The notes under the pieces were generated by a model. The model did no database searches. It was not told the DNA's origin and saw only the letters and a list, made by a program, of their open reading frames with translations. From NCBI RefSeq assembly GCF_020745735.1, contig NC_083420.1, positions 9,300,001 through 9,364,000 on the forward strand: DNA of 64,000 bases, in the 5' to 3' direction. This DNA is from Hemiscyllium ocellatum (Eukaryota). Shown piece by piece: positions 13,228 to 26,461 of this stretch (positions are counted from its first letter, which is position 1; each line of letters begins with the position of its first letter). The position numbers were made by a program, and so were the translations under genes.

Positions 13228-13600
13228 TCATAGAGTCACACAGCACAGAAATAGACCCTTTGGTCCAACTCAGCTGTGCAGCCTGAGTTTCCCAAACCGA
13301 ACTAGTCCCACTTGCCTTGTCTGGCCTCTAAACCTTTAAACCTTTCCTGTTTGTGTACCTATCCACATGTCTTTTAAATGCTGTAACTGTACCAGCCTCC
13401 TCCTGTTCCTCCGGCAACTATGCACGCACCACCCTCTGTGTGAAAAAGTGGCCCCTCTGGTCCCTTTTTAAATATGCCCCCTCTCACCTTGAACCTATGC
13501 CCCCTAGTTTTGAACCCCTTTTCCTCCTCTGTTCTCCACCCCATCCCACTCCCATCTAAGCAAAAGACCTTTGTTGCATATATAAACACCCCTTGCATCA
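13228..13600 (-). mobile_element. CR1 3' end
   Basis: ORF fragment KTRGHRFKVRG. Same terminus as at 41216. Confidence 0.8.
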
Positions 13601-14727
13601 CAATAAAGATGAGGAGGAATGACTTTGGAGGGAGGTGATTCTGTAGAATTCAAAACCATACAGGGCTGTGGATTCAGTGTCATTAAGAACTTGAAGCACA
13701 GATGGACAAGTTTTTTTTTAGTCAGTAAAGGAATCAAGGGTCATGTGGTCGAGACAGGAAATTGAAGTTGAGGGTTATCAGATCAACTATGGTGTTATTG
13801 CATTCTGCTCCTGTCTAATAGTCTTTCAGCATAACTGTGGGTTATACTTGCATTTGAAGCTAATTCTTGATCTTGGGAACAATTAGTAGGTCAATCAGCC
13901 TTCCCAACCTGTTTGTCCAGTTGATCAGATCATGGCTGATCTGGATATTAATCCCTTCAACCTGTTGTGTTTTATATCTCTTAATACTCTTGCCTAACAA
14001 AGATGTCTATCATTCTCAATTTTCAAACATCCTGTTGACCTTACTGCATTGGGATCTTTCTGTGAAGAGTTAGGTCAGGCGTGGGTTCCAAAGTTTCAGA
14101 TTTTGACTACCTTTTAAGTGCTTCCTGACATCATCCCAAATACCTTTGTTTAACTTTAAGGCTCTGTTCTCCTGTTGTGAACCACCCTCCTCTTCCCCAC
14201 AATATGTCCCCAGCCGCAAAAAATGCTGTTCAAATAGCCACAGCACTGACACCTGGCCACCTTTGTGGAATAATTGCCCAGGTCTATCATGTTCACAATA
14301 AGCATTACAAATTCAACCCAGACAATTACTGCCTCATCGCTATGCTTTGTAAGCTTAGCAAAAGGATGGAACACTGCTATCAAGTGGAACTTCAATGACC
14401 TGCTCAGCTTTGAGTTCCACTAGGGGCACTGGCTGTAGATCAGTTACAGTCTTGGTCCAGACAAACAGCTGAATTGCACAGGTTGGGTGAGACTGAACTT
14501 GATATGAAGCATTTGCATTAGCTTTAACTGTCTGTGACATCAAGATCTCCTACAAATATTGACGTAATTTGGGATCAGGCAAAAACCCTCTAATGCTCGC
14601 AGTAATACCTTGCATAAAAGAAGATAATTTGTAAGCCAATTTATTTTTAACAATGTGTGAGTTATTGGTGTACCTTTTGTTCTTTACTAATCATGCAAGT
14701 AATCTATTTCCCATTTCTGATGTGCAG

Positions 14728-14850
14728 GTTGCTGGGAGAAGATAAGGACCAGAAAGAGAGAATGTTCTCTGATGATGAAGATGATGAAGACAAGTTGGGA
14801 AGAAGAGTTGTAGGACCCCGTAAAAAGTTTCACTGGAATGATGAGATCAG
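14728..14850 (+). CDS. UBN1: UBN1 exon ([41 protein letters not shown])
   Basis: tgtgcag acceptor, gttcgc donor. GPRKKF.WNDEIR motif, phase 2/2 consistent with neighbours. Confidence 0.95.
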
Positions 14851-15217
14851 GTTCGCTATGTTGCTTGTTGTAATAGATTGTATAAGACATTTGTATCAAC
14901 AGTACGTTTATGAATTGTAACTGTATAAACACAGTTCTGGATTGTGTGTTTTTTATATGGTAACTCAGTAAGGGCTTATTGAATGATGTGACCACATATC
15001 AAACCGTTCAAATTGGGCTACTGCTTCAAGAGGTAACTGGAGTCATTGGGGAAATGATGAACAAAGTAAGAGTGCACAACACTGGCGATTACTGAAATGG
15101 ACCATTGATAGGCAAAATTGGAAGGAAATCCCGAAACGACCTCTGAATGGAATTTAGGTTAGAGGTGTTATACTTGATCTATATGTAAATATAATGATTT
15201 GGAAGGAAGCTCAATGC

Positions 15218-15527
15218 TTCTGGCTGTAAGTTTACTCGCTTAGCTGGAAGGTTCGTTTTCAGATGTATCGTCACCAAGCTAGGTAATATCAGTGAGCTTC
15301 TGGTGAAGCACTGGTGTTTGTGACTTGCATTCTATTTCTGTGTTTAGGCTGTGGTCAGGAAATGGCATCACCAACACAAAGAAACCTAAACACAAAAAAA
15401 AAACCGAGCAGGTCACTGACGTTACCTAGCTTGGTGATGAAATGTCTGAAAACGAACCTTCTAGCTCAGTGAGCAAACTTACATCCAGAACCTCAACCTG
15501 AGCTACAAATCTTCTCAAAACTTGCTA
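15218..15527. mobile_element. Fold-back element family A, second copy (hammerhead core shortened in both arms)
   Basis: Homologous to 798-1075, including the tail aacctcaacctgagctacaaatcttctcaaaact. Confidence 0.75.
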
Positions 15528-16106
15528 GTTAAGCTAAATGTTTTTCACAGATGCTGCCAGACCTACTGAGTTTCTCCAGCACTTTGTTTTTATTTCAGAT
15601 TTCCAGCATTTGCTATCTTTTCCTTTTAAATGCCACGGACATAGTTTTGGTGAGAGAAGACAAGTTGTATAAATGTCTGGGTCTCTAAGAAGTTGTGAAT
15701 CCCTTGAAGATGACAATGATAAACGATGCACCGAAGTGTGAAAGTATCCATGTAACATCAGTAAGAAATGGAACAAGCAAGGTGAATGCAATATTAGATT
15801 TGATGAGGAAGTCCAGAATTTTACAAATGTGGTGGATAATTTGCGAATCAACAGCAGTTTCTGTTATTTTAGAAATTTTTGTCTAGAAAGGGACACTGCA
15901 GTGCAGTCCGTTTGGACAGTTTTTGGAAAGTTAAGGGGATCACCTTGCTTAAAAATATTGCATCATCTTTGTATACACTTTCTAAGGAGCAGGAAAGGTG
16001 TGCTAGGAGTAACAGGTGGATAAAGTAGAAACAAAATTGGAGTTATTTATCTTAATGTAGGAGAGAGGTTCAAAGTTCATGAAGATTTGTAGCTCGGATT
16101 CTCGTT

Positions 16107-16178
16107 GTTGTGGTTCTGTTTGCCGAGCTGGGAATTTGTGTTGCAACACATTCCCAGCTCGGCGAACAGAACCACGAC
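16107..16178. repeat. ~72 bp spacer-less palindrome next to a family A-like tail
   Basis: gttgtggttctgtttgccgagctgggaatttgtgttg|caacacattcccagctcggcgaacagaaccacgac. Confidence 0.85.
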
Positions 16179-17924
16179 AGTAGGAGTGAGGTGTGATAAC
16201 CATTGGAGGGCTGGAGTCTGATAGTTGTGGTGGAGACTAAGCTTGATGATATTCTAAAGAAAGTACTGAATGGTGGGAGGTGCTTTATTGAGATTTGAAA
16301 ATAATGGTTTTTCTTCATCCCTCCAGTTCTCCACGTACAACATTAAACCAGTGAATGTTGAACTTCTAGAAATGCAGACATTTTTCAAGTGTTGTATACA
16401 TTGTGTACTGTAAGCACTTTTAAGTTATGTACACAATAACATGGATTTGTTGCAAGTTAAATTATCTGCAAAAGCAATAGGGTAGTTTCTTATCTTTGCC
16501 ACATGGTGATAATAAAAACAATTAACTATCCACTATAGAAATTACCCAATTTTTTACCATTATTCTGAGCTCTGCCAGATTATGATGCTTGTGGTGATGA
16601 TGAAACTTTGTGTACCTCAGCTACATAGCTTAAAACAGCACTCTGTATTTGTGGCATTTTCAATTAGCTTAGTTGTGTGATTACTAAACCATGCTGAAGT
16701 ATTGGCCTCCTTGTGTTATGAATACGTAATTGTAAATGATTCAAGCTGTAAAAACTCATTTTGCAGTACCCTAAGCGATAGAGGTGACATTTAGACCTGC
16801 ACATGAGCCTGAAGCCAGACCAAATCCAACATGAATCAGCCAAAACAGCATCACATTCAGGAATAATGTTGGCTGTTGTGCTTGCTTCATGTTTCCTAAC
16901 TATATTCAGCAAGTGAATTGTGGTGTTGCGTTTATGAACAGTTTAGAGTTATGGAATTAGACTCATATTTACAGCACTGCAGGAGACCATTTGGTCCTTT
17001 GTGTCTGGTCCAGTTAACAAAGATCTGACCACATTAATCCCAGTTTCCAGCTCTGGGTCCATTGCCGTAGCCTCTATGGCAAGACAAGTGAGTACTGAAA
17101 TACTGCTGAAATGTTCCAAGTGTTTCTGACTCGTCCACGTTTTTCAGGCAGTGACTTCCAGGCTCCCACCCTCCCTTGGATCAAAAAAGAAGTTTGCTTC
17201 TATTCTTGGCCTTTTAACTCGTAGCTTAAATCTATGCCCTGTGGTTATTGACCCCTCTGTTCATCCTATTTATCCCCCTCATAATGTTACTCATCTCATC
17301 AGATCCTCTGTTAATTTTTATTGCTCCAAGGAAAAGAATTCCAATCAACCAGTCTTTCCTAACTGCTCAAGATCCTCCAGCCCAGGCAGCATCCTGATTA
17401 ATCCTCTTTGCACTTTCACTGTAGCAGTTGTAAACTTCCTATAATGTGAGGACGAAAACTACATGCAGTACTCCGCTGTGTCCTAACCAGCATTATATGC
17501 AGCTCCATCATAACCTCCCTTGTTCTTGTATTTTATGCTGTGCCAAGGTGACCAGTTTATTGGCATTCTCCTGCAGTTTGCAGTAGTCATCCTCTCAATT
17601 TATTACCCTATCAATCTTTTGTATTATCCATAAACCTCTTGATTAATCCTTGTACATTTAAATTTGGATAATTAATGTGCACCACAAGCAGCAAGATCCC
17701 TCATACTGAACCCAGGGGAACCCCACTGGAAATCAGACTTTGTCATAGAAACATCCCTGTACCATCACCCTCCGATTCCTGCCTATGTCAACTTTAGATC
17801 TGACGTGTCACTTTGTCTTTGATCCTGTGAGTTTTGTTTTGACTACTGTCATGAAAGTCCTTATCAAATCATGCTAAAGTTCATGAATACTACATAAAAT
17901 GCATTAATGTAGTCATACATGGAA

Positions 17925-18885
17925 TATAGTTTGGTGTTGGAAGTCGGTCATCTCAGCTACATGACATCGCTGCAGAATCCCTCTGGGTAGTGTCCTCAAT
18001 CCTGCAATACTCAGCTGCTTCATCAATGACATTCCTCCATCGTAAAGTCAGAAATGGGAATGTTCATCGATGATTACATAAATGTTCAGCACCATTTGTG
18101 ATTCCTCAAACTGAAGCAGTTTGTGTTCAAGTGCAGCAAGATCTGAACAAAATTAACATGTAACACGTGTCTCTCCAATGACCAATTCCAGTAAGAGACA
18201 ATGCCCCTTGACATTCAGTGGCGTAACCATCTCTGAATATACTACTAAACAACTTGAAGATGACCATTGACCAGAAACTTAACTGAACCTACCATACAAA
18301 TACAGTGGCTACAACAGCAGGTCAGAGGTTAGGAATACTGCAGCAAGTATCTCACATCCTGACTCTTCAAAGCCTGTCACCCATCTACAAGACACAAATC
18401 AGGAATGTGATGGAATACTCCCCATTTCTCTGGATGGGTGCAGTGCCAACAACATGCAAGAAGTTTGATGATATCCAGAACAAAGCAGCCTGCTTAATTG
18501 TCACCACATCCACAAACGTCCACTCCCTCCACTGCTAACACTTGGTGAATTTCCCCAGTGCATCTTGTAGACTAAGGCACCATAGACAGTATGTTCCAAA
18601 CTCTCATCCGTTTACATCCAGAAGGGCAAAGGAAGCAGATTTATGGGAATACCACCCCAGCAAATTCTCTTCCCCCCCCCCCCCCCCCCCCCCCCAGCCC
18701 AAGCCACTCGCCATCATAACTTGGAAACTTAACACCATTCCATCAGTGTCCCCGGGTCAAAATCCTGGAACTCTTCCTCCCCCCCCCTGGCCACCTCCAA
18801 AAGACCTTGTGTGTCGACCTACAGCATGTGGACTGTAGTGATTCAGGCAGGCAAATCACTACCACCTTTTAAAGGAAACTTGTCC
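17925..18885 (+). mobile_element. Non-LTR retrotransposon (CR1/L2 group), RT C-terminal part
   Basis: ORF 18305-18538 AGQRLGIL..IYKTQIRNVMEYSP..W..DIQNKAACLI. Confidence 0.75.
18672..18695. repeat. C24 homopolymer
   Basis: Direct count. Confidence 0.9.
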
Positions 18886-19977
18886 CATGAGTGAATTTTT
18901 TTTTAAAAAGCCCTTATCAACACTCCTGGTTGCCGCCAAAGAATTCAACTGAATTTGTCTAATAGTACCTTCCCATGACAAATCCATGTCGACTGTCTCT
19001 GATTAATCCACATCTCCAAGTACAGATTTGTTCTGTCCCTCCATGTTCTTTCCAATAAGTTCCCCTACATCAAGGTTACACTGACCTGTATTTTTCTGGT
19101 CAGTCTCCTCTTCTTTCAAGGTTAGCAGTCCTTCTGGCACTCAGCTGTGACCTGAGGAGATTTGAAAATTGCTACCATCACCTCTGATGTATCACCACCT
19201 TTGCACCCCCTCCCCTACAGTTTGGGATGCTTCTTAGCTGAGCCTTTAAATTTATCCGCTTTTAAGGCTGCTAAACCAGCTAGTACTTCCTTGCTCTATT
19301 AATTTTGTCTAATACTTCACAGTGCTCTTATTGCCTATGCCTGTGACACCCTTTCCATTATGAAGACTCTCACAGGTGCTGGGGACTGTCACAATCTTTC
19401 GGGTCCATGCACATTTTGTCCATGTCTCTCATGGGTCCTGATCTTTCCCTAATTATTTTCATTTTCTTCATATAATTGGTTTTCTTTAATTCTACCTGCC
19501 AATGCTTTCTCATGCATTCTTCCCTTTTCTAACTTTCTTTTTAAGTTGCCCCCTCACCCCTGCACTTTTTAAGTACTCTTTTACGGACTCTTTTTTTTGA
19601 GCCATCTGTACCTGAATAAATCACCTTCATGTTGTAAATAGAAGCTGATATTTCGAGCAACTTCCTTTTCGTGGACACTCAGATTTTATGCAAGCAAGTA
19701 GAATGAAAGTGTTCATGTAATTTAGTTAGATTTTTCAAGCATGTAAATATGCCTTTGAATGAAATTTAGCACCAAGTTAGCTGTGTTGCTTGTGCAGTGT
19801 CTTCAGCCTCAAATAAATGGGGCATTTCTATGCATGGATCAGAAATTGGCATTTCATTTTCACTTGGATCACAAATCCTGAGAAAGTAGAACATGATAGA
19901 TTTTCTCTTGGCCCTTTTTGAATAGCAACATATTGTGTCACTATCTCTTTACATTTGTTTTTTATGTTGTGCTACAG

Positions 19978-20121
19978 GGAGCTGCTGTGCAGTGTGGTGA
20001 GGACTAAGATGGCTTGCTGTGAGCAGGAGAGAAACAAGTCCCAATCTGCAGAGGACTACCTAAAGGCTTTTCTTGAATCTGAAGTCAAACCACTTTGGCC
20101 AAAAGGATGGATGCAAGCAAG
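19978..20121 (+). CDS. UBN1: UBN1 exon ([48 protein letters not shown])
   Basis: ctacag acceptor, gtacaa donor. Contains the ubinuclein hallmark [14 protein letters not shown]. Confidence 0.96.
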
Positions 20122-21984
20122 GTACAATAAAGACAAAGGACGGTAAACAATACATTTCAAGTGGAATTAGGTGACACTACATAAAGAGCTGTGAAATGGA
20201 CATCCTGTAAAGAATAGTGAATAAGCATTCGTAAGAAAGGTTGTACCTTCCCTGTGAGCTGGAGCCTGCAGAGGTAAAGTAGGACAACTGTGTCTGCTCA
20301 GACTATCCTGCTCTTCCTCTGATTCAAGACAGTCCTTTTCTTGAACAGGACCTGGAAAGTAAAGAGATAAGCAGTGGTTGACAGTTTATAGCAAGGCTAA
20401 CAGAGAGATGAGTGTCAGCTTAAAGTGGAGTAGCTTTGTCAGTATATATACAAATTGGGAGAAACTGTAACAAAAAGATGTGAAGATAGCCAGGCACCAA
20501 TAGCCTCAACCAGGGTAATGTTTCTGACTTGCAACTCATCCATGGTAGATTATCATGAGGCCACAAATAAATGGTTTTTGTATTCCTGTCAGTTTCTGGT
20601 GCTTTTTTTATGTTCCAATTTGCTTTCAAAGTTAAGATGTGTTCTGGGCTGATGAGAGATTGTGAAGGTTGAATTGTTAATGATGTGTGAACAAAGGCAC
20701 CAGTTTGAGGAAGTTTGGGGAAGATGGTAACATAGGATCATTATAGCAGCTGAAAGAGAGTGAAATATACTGTGTGTAATTGTAACATTGCAATTAAGAG
20801 AAAGCCCAAATTGAAACGTTTACATGAATGTTGGAAAAAAGGGGGAAACAATATAATTAACTGAGTAGCATGCTTGAAAAATTGGCATTGGCACTATGCT
20901 CAAATGGACATCTTTTTATGCTGTTGCATTCTAAGGCTCCTGGAAAAGAGCATAGTAAAAGAGGTGTCAGTCTCAAACCATAGTTTTGCTGTGCTCCTTA
21001 ATTTTTTTTACATATACAATCGCAACCAGATCTTGGGTACAGCGGTCCTAGATTTCATCTGCACTGTGGGGTGTAACTTGGTTCGCACACATGCCCTCAG
21101 GAGGATATAACTGCTGCTATCCCAGGATCAACATCACTGCGGTGTAAGGAAATTAAGTCCTTGCTCCAGGGTCTCTGTTTAACATTTTTGACTGTGTAAT
21201 GGGAAGGGTTGAGATGGTTGCATGCACAAAATCCTAAGGTGCCTGCATTACTGCTACTCAAATTTGTCTACTAAAATTATACACAAACCTAAAAGGAAAA
21301 CAATGTTAAAGCTTTAATGATTCGAAATATAAGAAATATTAGCTCCATTAAGTGCGTCTCCCTGATATTGGTGTTCACTGCGAAGAAGTGCACTGCAGAT
21401 AAATGTTTCATTCTGAGCAAAATGTTCTGGAAATACTCAACCGATCAGAGTGCATCTGAAAGATCAAAGTTAATGTCTTCGGGTTGATTTCCAGCATCTG
21501 CGGTACTTTACTAATGAGCAGTATTTAAACATGATTGCACCATCTGTGCTGTTCTACAGCCTCCAGCTTACTCTGTGGCATTAGGTTTGCCTAATATTCA
21601 TAAGGAGCTAAGATTTTAGCTCCAAAATGACTTGCAAATCAATTGTGATGCATAAGTACGACAATGCAAAATGTTTCATAAAATGAGATTGCAGGTAAAT
21701 CTGAGGCTAAAAGTTATGCTGGTGATGTTATAATGCCATGGGATTAATAACGATTTAGCTGCAACTCCCTTTCTTTTGCTGCCTTATCCACTGATGCTTA
21801 CCAACATCTTTAGTGTGCATGCTTTCACCTGGAAAATACTTTAAGCAATTTCTGACGGTTGTAGCATCACTGGGATTTCATACTAAATTGTGGCAAGTTG
21901 TTGAAAAAAGAGAGTTTTGCAGTTTGTATGGTATGAAAGCAAGGAAGAAAAGAACATACTTTTGGATTTATTTTTCCTCAACAG

Positions 21985-22035
21985 AACACTATTCAAAGAG
22001 AGCAGGAAGGTACATGCTCATGTCACCTCAATACC
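21985..22035 (+). CDS. UBN1: UBN1 small exon (TLFKESRKVHAHVTSIP)
   Basis: ttttcctcaacag acceptor, gtgagt donor. 51 nt, matches TLFKESRRGHGHLTSI. Confidence 0.93.
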
Positions 22036-23231
22036 GTGAGTATATGCATCTTCACTGTTCCTGTGCATTTACTGTGCTTTGGTTTTTCCCAATGCAAGCT
22101 ACTTTGATAATGTATTAACTAACCCTAGCAGTAAAACCTCATTCTTGTAATTAATTAAAAATGCAGAAAATTAAAATTTATGGCATTAGTTAATTGTCTG
22201 TGTGGTAATTTATTGGACTGCCTTACTTGTTCTTTATTGAACCTGCCTGATTTCACTGGATTACCACATACAGTGAAAACCAAAACCACTCTGTGCTAAA
22301 TATTGCAATGACACATTATTGTGGAAAATGTCCATGTTCACCCATTTGACATGTCTGATCATCTCCTCCTAACGTTGCTTAGTGCAGCACAGGGAACCAT
22401 ACATAACTTGGGATAAAGAACTCTAACCTTTTTGGCTGTCATTCTGGTATTTCAATTTTTTCTCTCGCCCTCTTCCTTCTCTCTTTTATGAAACCACTAT
22501 CCTTGGCATTTTTACATTCTTCCTGACCTCAAACCTGTTGTACAATTCGCCTTCCAAGATTTCTCCAACGCTTTGGAGGCAATTTGGCAAAGATTCCCAA
22601 TGGATTGGTTCCTGGGATGAGAGGGTAGTTCTCTTAATGCAACACCAAAAAAATTGGGCCTAGTTTAGACGAATAATTGGTAATATAATTGAAGCACATA
22701 CAAGATTCTTGAATGGTTTTGATATGCAAGCTGCTGACAGTTTGTTTCCATTGGCGGGGAACAGGTTCAACATAAGGGGTTGATCACCTACCATTGAGAT
22801 GGGAGGAAATTTTTCACTAGACGGTGAATTCTTAGAATTTTGTATAATGCACATTTGTGGATGCTCAATCGTTAAGTGTGTTTGAGGCAGCAATAGGTAT
22901 CTGGTCTTTAATGGAGTTGAGGGATAGGGGAACAGGTGTAAAAGTGGAACCCAGGTGAAAGATCCTCCATGATCATCTTGAATGAATGAAGCAGGCTGGG
23001 TGGGCCAAATTATACTTCACCGATTTCCTTTTCTATTTATGATTTAACTTCTTTCCCTCCCTCACTGTCCCATTCATTTAGCATCATTGCAGTACTGAAA
23101 AGTTTTTAATAATTATCTGTAACTTAGTATTGTTCTGTGTGAAGTTGGTAGTTGCATTTGGAATTGAATTTCTGAAGTGCTAGATAACTGTATATCGATA
23201 ACAAACTAACACTGGTTGCACTTTAATTTAG

Positions 23232-23274
23232 AACGAAGAAGAAAGTCATTGCTGCCCCAAAGACTAAAGTTAAG
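23232..23274 (+). CDS. UBN1: UBN1 small exon (TKKKVIAAPKTKVK)
   Basis: aatttag acceptor, gtaagt donor. 43 nt, restores phase 0, matches AKKKVMAPSKIKVK. Confidence 0.9.
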
Positions 23275-24460
23275 GTAAGTGCACAGCATTGTTGTTGGCA
23301 TGAGATACACATTTGAAAAATATCAAAAATTCTCACAGTTGACTTTTTAAACCCCAAATGCTGGAATTTTGTTTTGCAGTGATGGTGCTTAGATTAATGG
23401 TTGGCTAAACTTCAACAGTTTAAGTGTGTTGAATTTAATTTACTGCATTTCACACCAATAAACAAGATAGCTAAATCATATAGAAGTGAACCTGTTCCAT
23501 TTTGTATCTAAGCTTGAAGAACTTCATTGTAGCCCCATATATGGAAATGGTTTTCTGTGCATTCTTATACTTGCTTTGGTAAACACACTAAAATCTCAAT
23601 GAATGTGATAATTTAGAAAGTACTTCAGAAGTATTAAATAAGTGCAGTTATGTTGTTGACTGAAGTTACAGAATCCCATAATGGTGGAATTCACTGTTTG
23701 GTGCATCCATTTTGACATTTTTCATGTAAGGGTTTTGCTTTGTGAACTCAATGCACAGAGCATTAAGGCACTTTCAAAACAAACATTAACCATTGCCATA
23801 CATCCAAAAGCCTGATTTAAAAAGTGCCAGTTTAATAGAGAGGAAGTCATAAACAGGAGAGTGCAGGTGAGTGGTTGCGGCAAATCCAGAATTGGTAGTC
23901 AATTTGTGGGATTGACATGATTTTAGTCGAAATAATAGTGCCCTTTCCTAGCGGCATTCTAGGGTGGGGAAACTCTAAATAATTATCAAGAAATGTTATA
24001 AAGAGTTATAGTAGAACCATAATTTTTGATTCCACTTTTAGTGCCCTGAACAGTTCAACTGGGGAAATGGAAGTACAAAGTACCCTTTATACTGATGGTT
24101 ATTACTTTATTCTACTGATGTGACATTATAAAGGAGATTGTTATAATTATAAAAAAATATAAATTGTTCGGTAATTTCAATTAATTTTTAGAGCAGTTTT
24201 GCCCAGATACAAGATGTTAGTTATTACTCTACCATACACACAATCCAAACTAAACTTGAAATAATCAGACTTTTTTCACACAGTGAAATGTCTGATCTGT
24301 GTAGCAAATGAAATTTTATCAGCTCCATTTTGCAAATCAATGCAACTTAAAGGTAGTAGTGAAAAGAAAAATTGTTTTGTCAAGAGGTGTGAAAGGATGA
24401 GGATTGCAGCATAAATCTGACTTTCAGAGAGTTCAACATCATAATTTCCTTCTTTTACAG

Positions 24461-25693
24461 GATCAAATGCACAAGACTGAACGTAAATTACAACAGACAA
24501 GTATTCCAATTCATTGCAGTAATGCTGCATCCCTGATACAGGGATCATGCACTCCACCTGTCACCCCATTAAATGTGCCTGTTTCCTCCACTGCTGGTCA
24601 GAGCTCCAGTAATACGACAACGCCTCAGTCTTTCAGTTTAGACGATTCCCTTGATGAGGATCTACCCAACAACCAGCCTTCTCTGGAGGAGGTGTCTGTT
24701 GCTTTAGCTGCTCTCAATGATGCTGCTGGAGGCAACAAGAACTTCAGTTCTTTAGTATCAAATTCATTGAGTGACAAAATAATGGTGGCAGCATCATCAG
24801 AAGAAAAGAAGCATGTACAAAAAGTTCCAACTCTGTCTTCTGCTCCATCAGCTGCTGCTCAGTCGCATTCACCTCTCAATCTCCTGGCGGAACAGGCACT
24901 AGCTTTGGGACAATTGTCTCAGGAAAGGACTTCAGAAAACACCACTAGTCTTATCACTGCCTTTAAAAATCATTCTTCTGCAAACAGCAAAGGTTTCACA
25001 GAGACTCTCCAAAACAAGTCGAAGCACCTTGGTATGCACCGTACATCGCAGTCCCAAGGTCAAAACCAAGTGTCAACGCAGGCTACAAAACAGTACCATC
25101 AGACCACCTCCCACCAGAAAGGCTTCATATCATCGCCATCGTTTAGCATAAGTAAACTGCAGAGCAGTTCGCAGACTAAAGCTAGTAGTCAATTGCAGCA
25201 ACGGCCATTAATTCAGCATCTAAAAACCTCAAAGACTCAGAACTTCCATTCTGTTTCCTCCTCTTTAGCAAGTATTATACAGACTTCTCCTAGTCCTCAA
25301 AGAACACCTGTCACTTCAGTCAGTTGTACAGCAAAGCATATCAACTCTCAGAGCTCTGCAAATCAGACCTTCAAGTCTCCAATGACTGTTGTCACAACAA
25401 GTAAACATTCTACTCCTTCCAGTAACCCAATTCAAAACATCTCAAATGTTCAAACCTCTGTGTCCAGTAGTACTCAATTGAATAGACAGTCTCCTTCTCC
25501 AGGACAAACGTTAAATCGGCAGTCGCCGAATATAAATGTAAAGAAGCCTTCCATTTCTCAGAAACTGACTCTGGTTGCCCCTCCGGGTGGCAGTAATGGA
25601 GATTCCAGTAGTGGGACACAGGGTGTTGCTAAACTGCTAACTTCTTCTCTTAAATCTTCTGTTAATAGTTCCACAGCTACAGGAGGAATGCTG
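24461..25693 (+). CDS. UBN1: UBN1 large Ser/Thr/Gln-rich exon (411 codons)
   Basis: cttttacag acceptor, gtgagt donor. Lies in ORF 24404-25723. Conserved blocks DDSLDEDL, SPLNLLAEQALALGQ and SQKLTLVAPPGGSNGDSSSGTQGVAKLLTS. Confidence 0.96.
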
Positions 25694-26461
25694 GTGAGTG
25701 TAAACAGAAATGTACGGATTTAGTTTTAAAATATGCATAATTTTAATAACGACTGAAAAGAAGTTTAAAGCTACAAGTTAATGTATTGATTGAATTTTAA
25801 TTGTATTGTTGCTTTTGAAGACTCTGTTGGTTTTCTAAGTTATTTCATGACACCAACATAGCTTCTTTTTCTCATTAAGCTCTGTTTCTTGTTCACAATT
25901 GGTTATTTTGTGCATTAGAATATTACAAAATCTGACCACAAAGTATATTTATTTCTGTGAAATCTTTATGTATTTTGGGAAACCAAAGAGTGGGCACTAA
26001 TTTGTTGTTTTAATCTTGTATGTTCTAACTTGCTGATATGCTTCTTGAATTCAAGTTCATCCTTTTAACCTATAAGATCCACCAAGTTTCCTGTAATACC
26101 ATATTAATTTGAATGAAATTAACCTGTGGATCTGCAGAAGTTTGGTGTTTGCACTTGTTAACGTTTTGTCTGTTTGTTTTTGCCATTTAATGTCATTGCA
26201 ATAGTTTTTTCAGTCATTTAATCATAATGCTGATTTGGGAAAACAAAACTATTTTGCATCACCTTTACTTAGTTCTCAAAGGTATAACACACACATCACA
26301 CTGAGTTTGGTATTAATGTTTCTACTCCACTTCGAGTTTCTCATTTTTATTTTAAAATTGCTTTGTGAGGTCACTCCTCCCTATCTTTACCGATCTGCAT
26401 TGCTCTTACTCTGGGCTTGTGCACATTTTCAATTTTAATTGCCACACCATTGATGGTTTCA

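Larger units (their letters stand above)
16945..19620 (-). mobile_element. Decayed CR1 LINE, interrupted by a + strand LINE at ~17925-18885
   Basis: CR1 3' end at ~16950. RT-like nucleotide motifs resume at ~18910. Confidence 0.65.
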
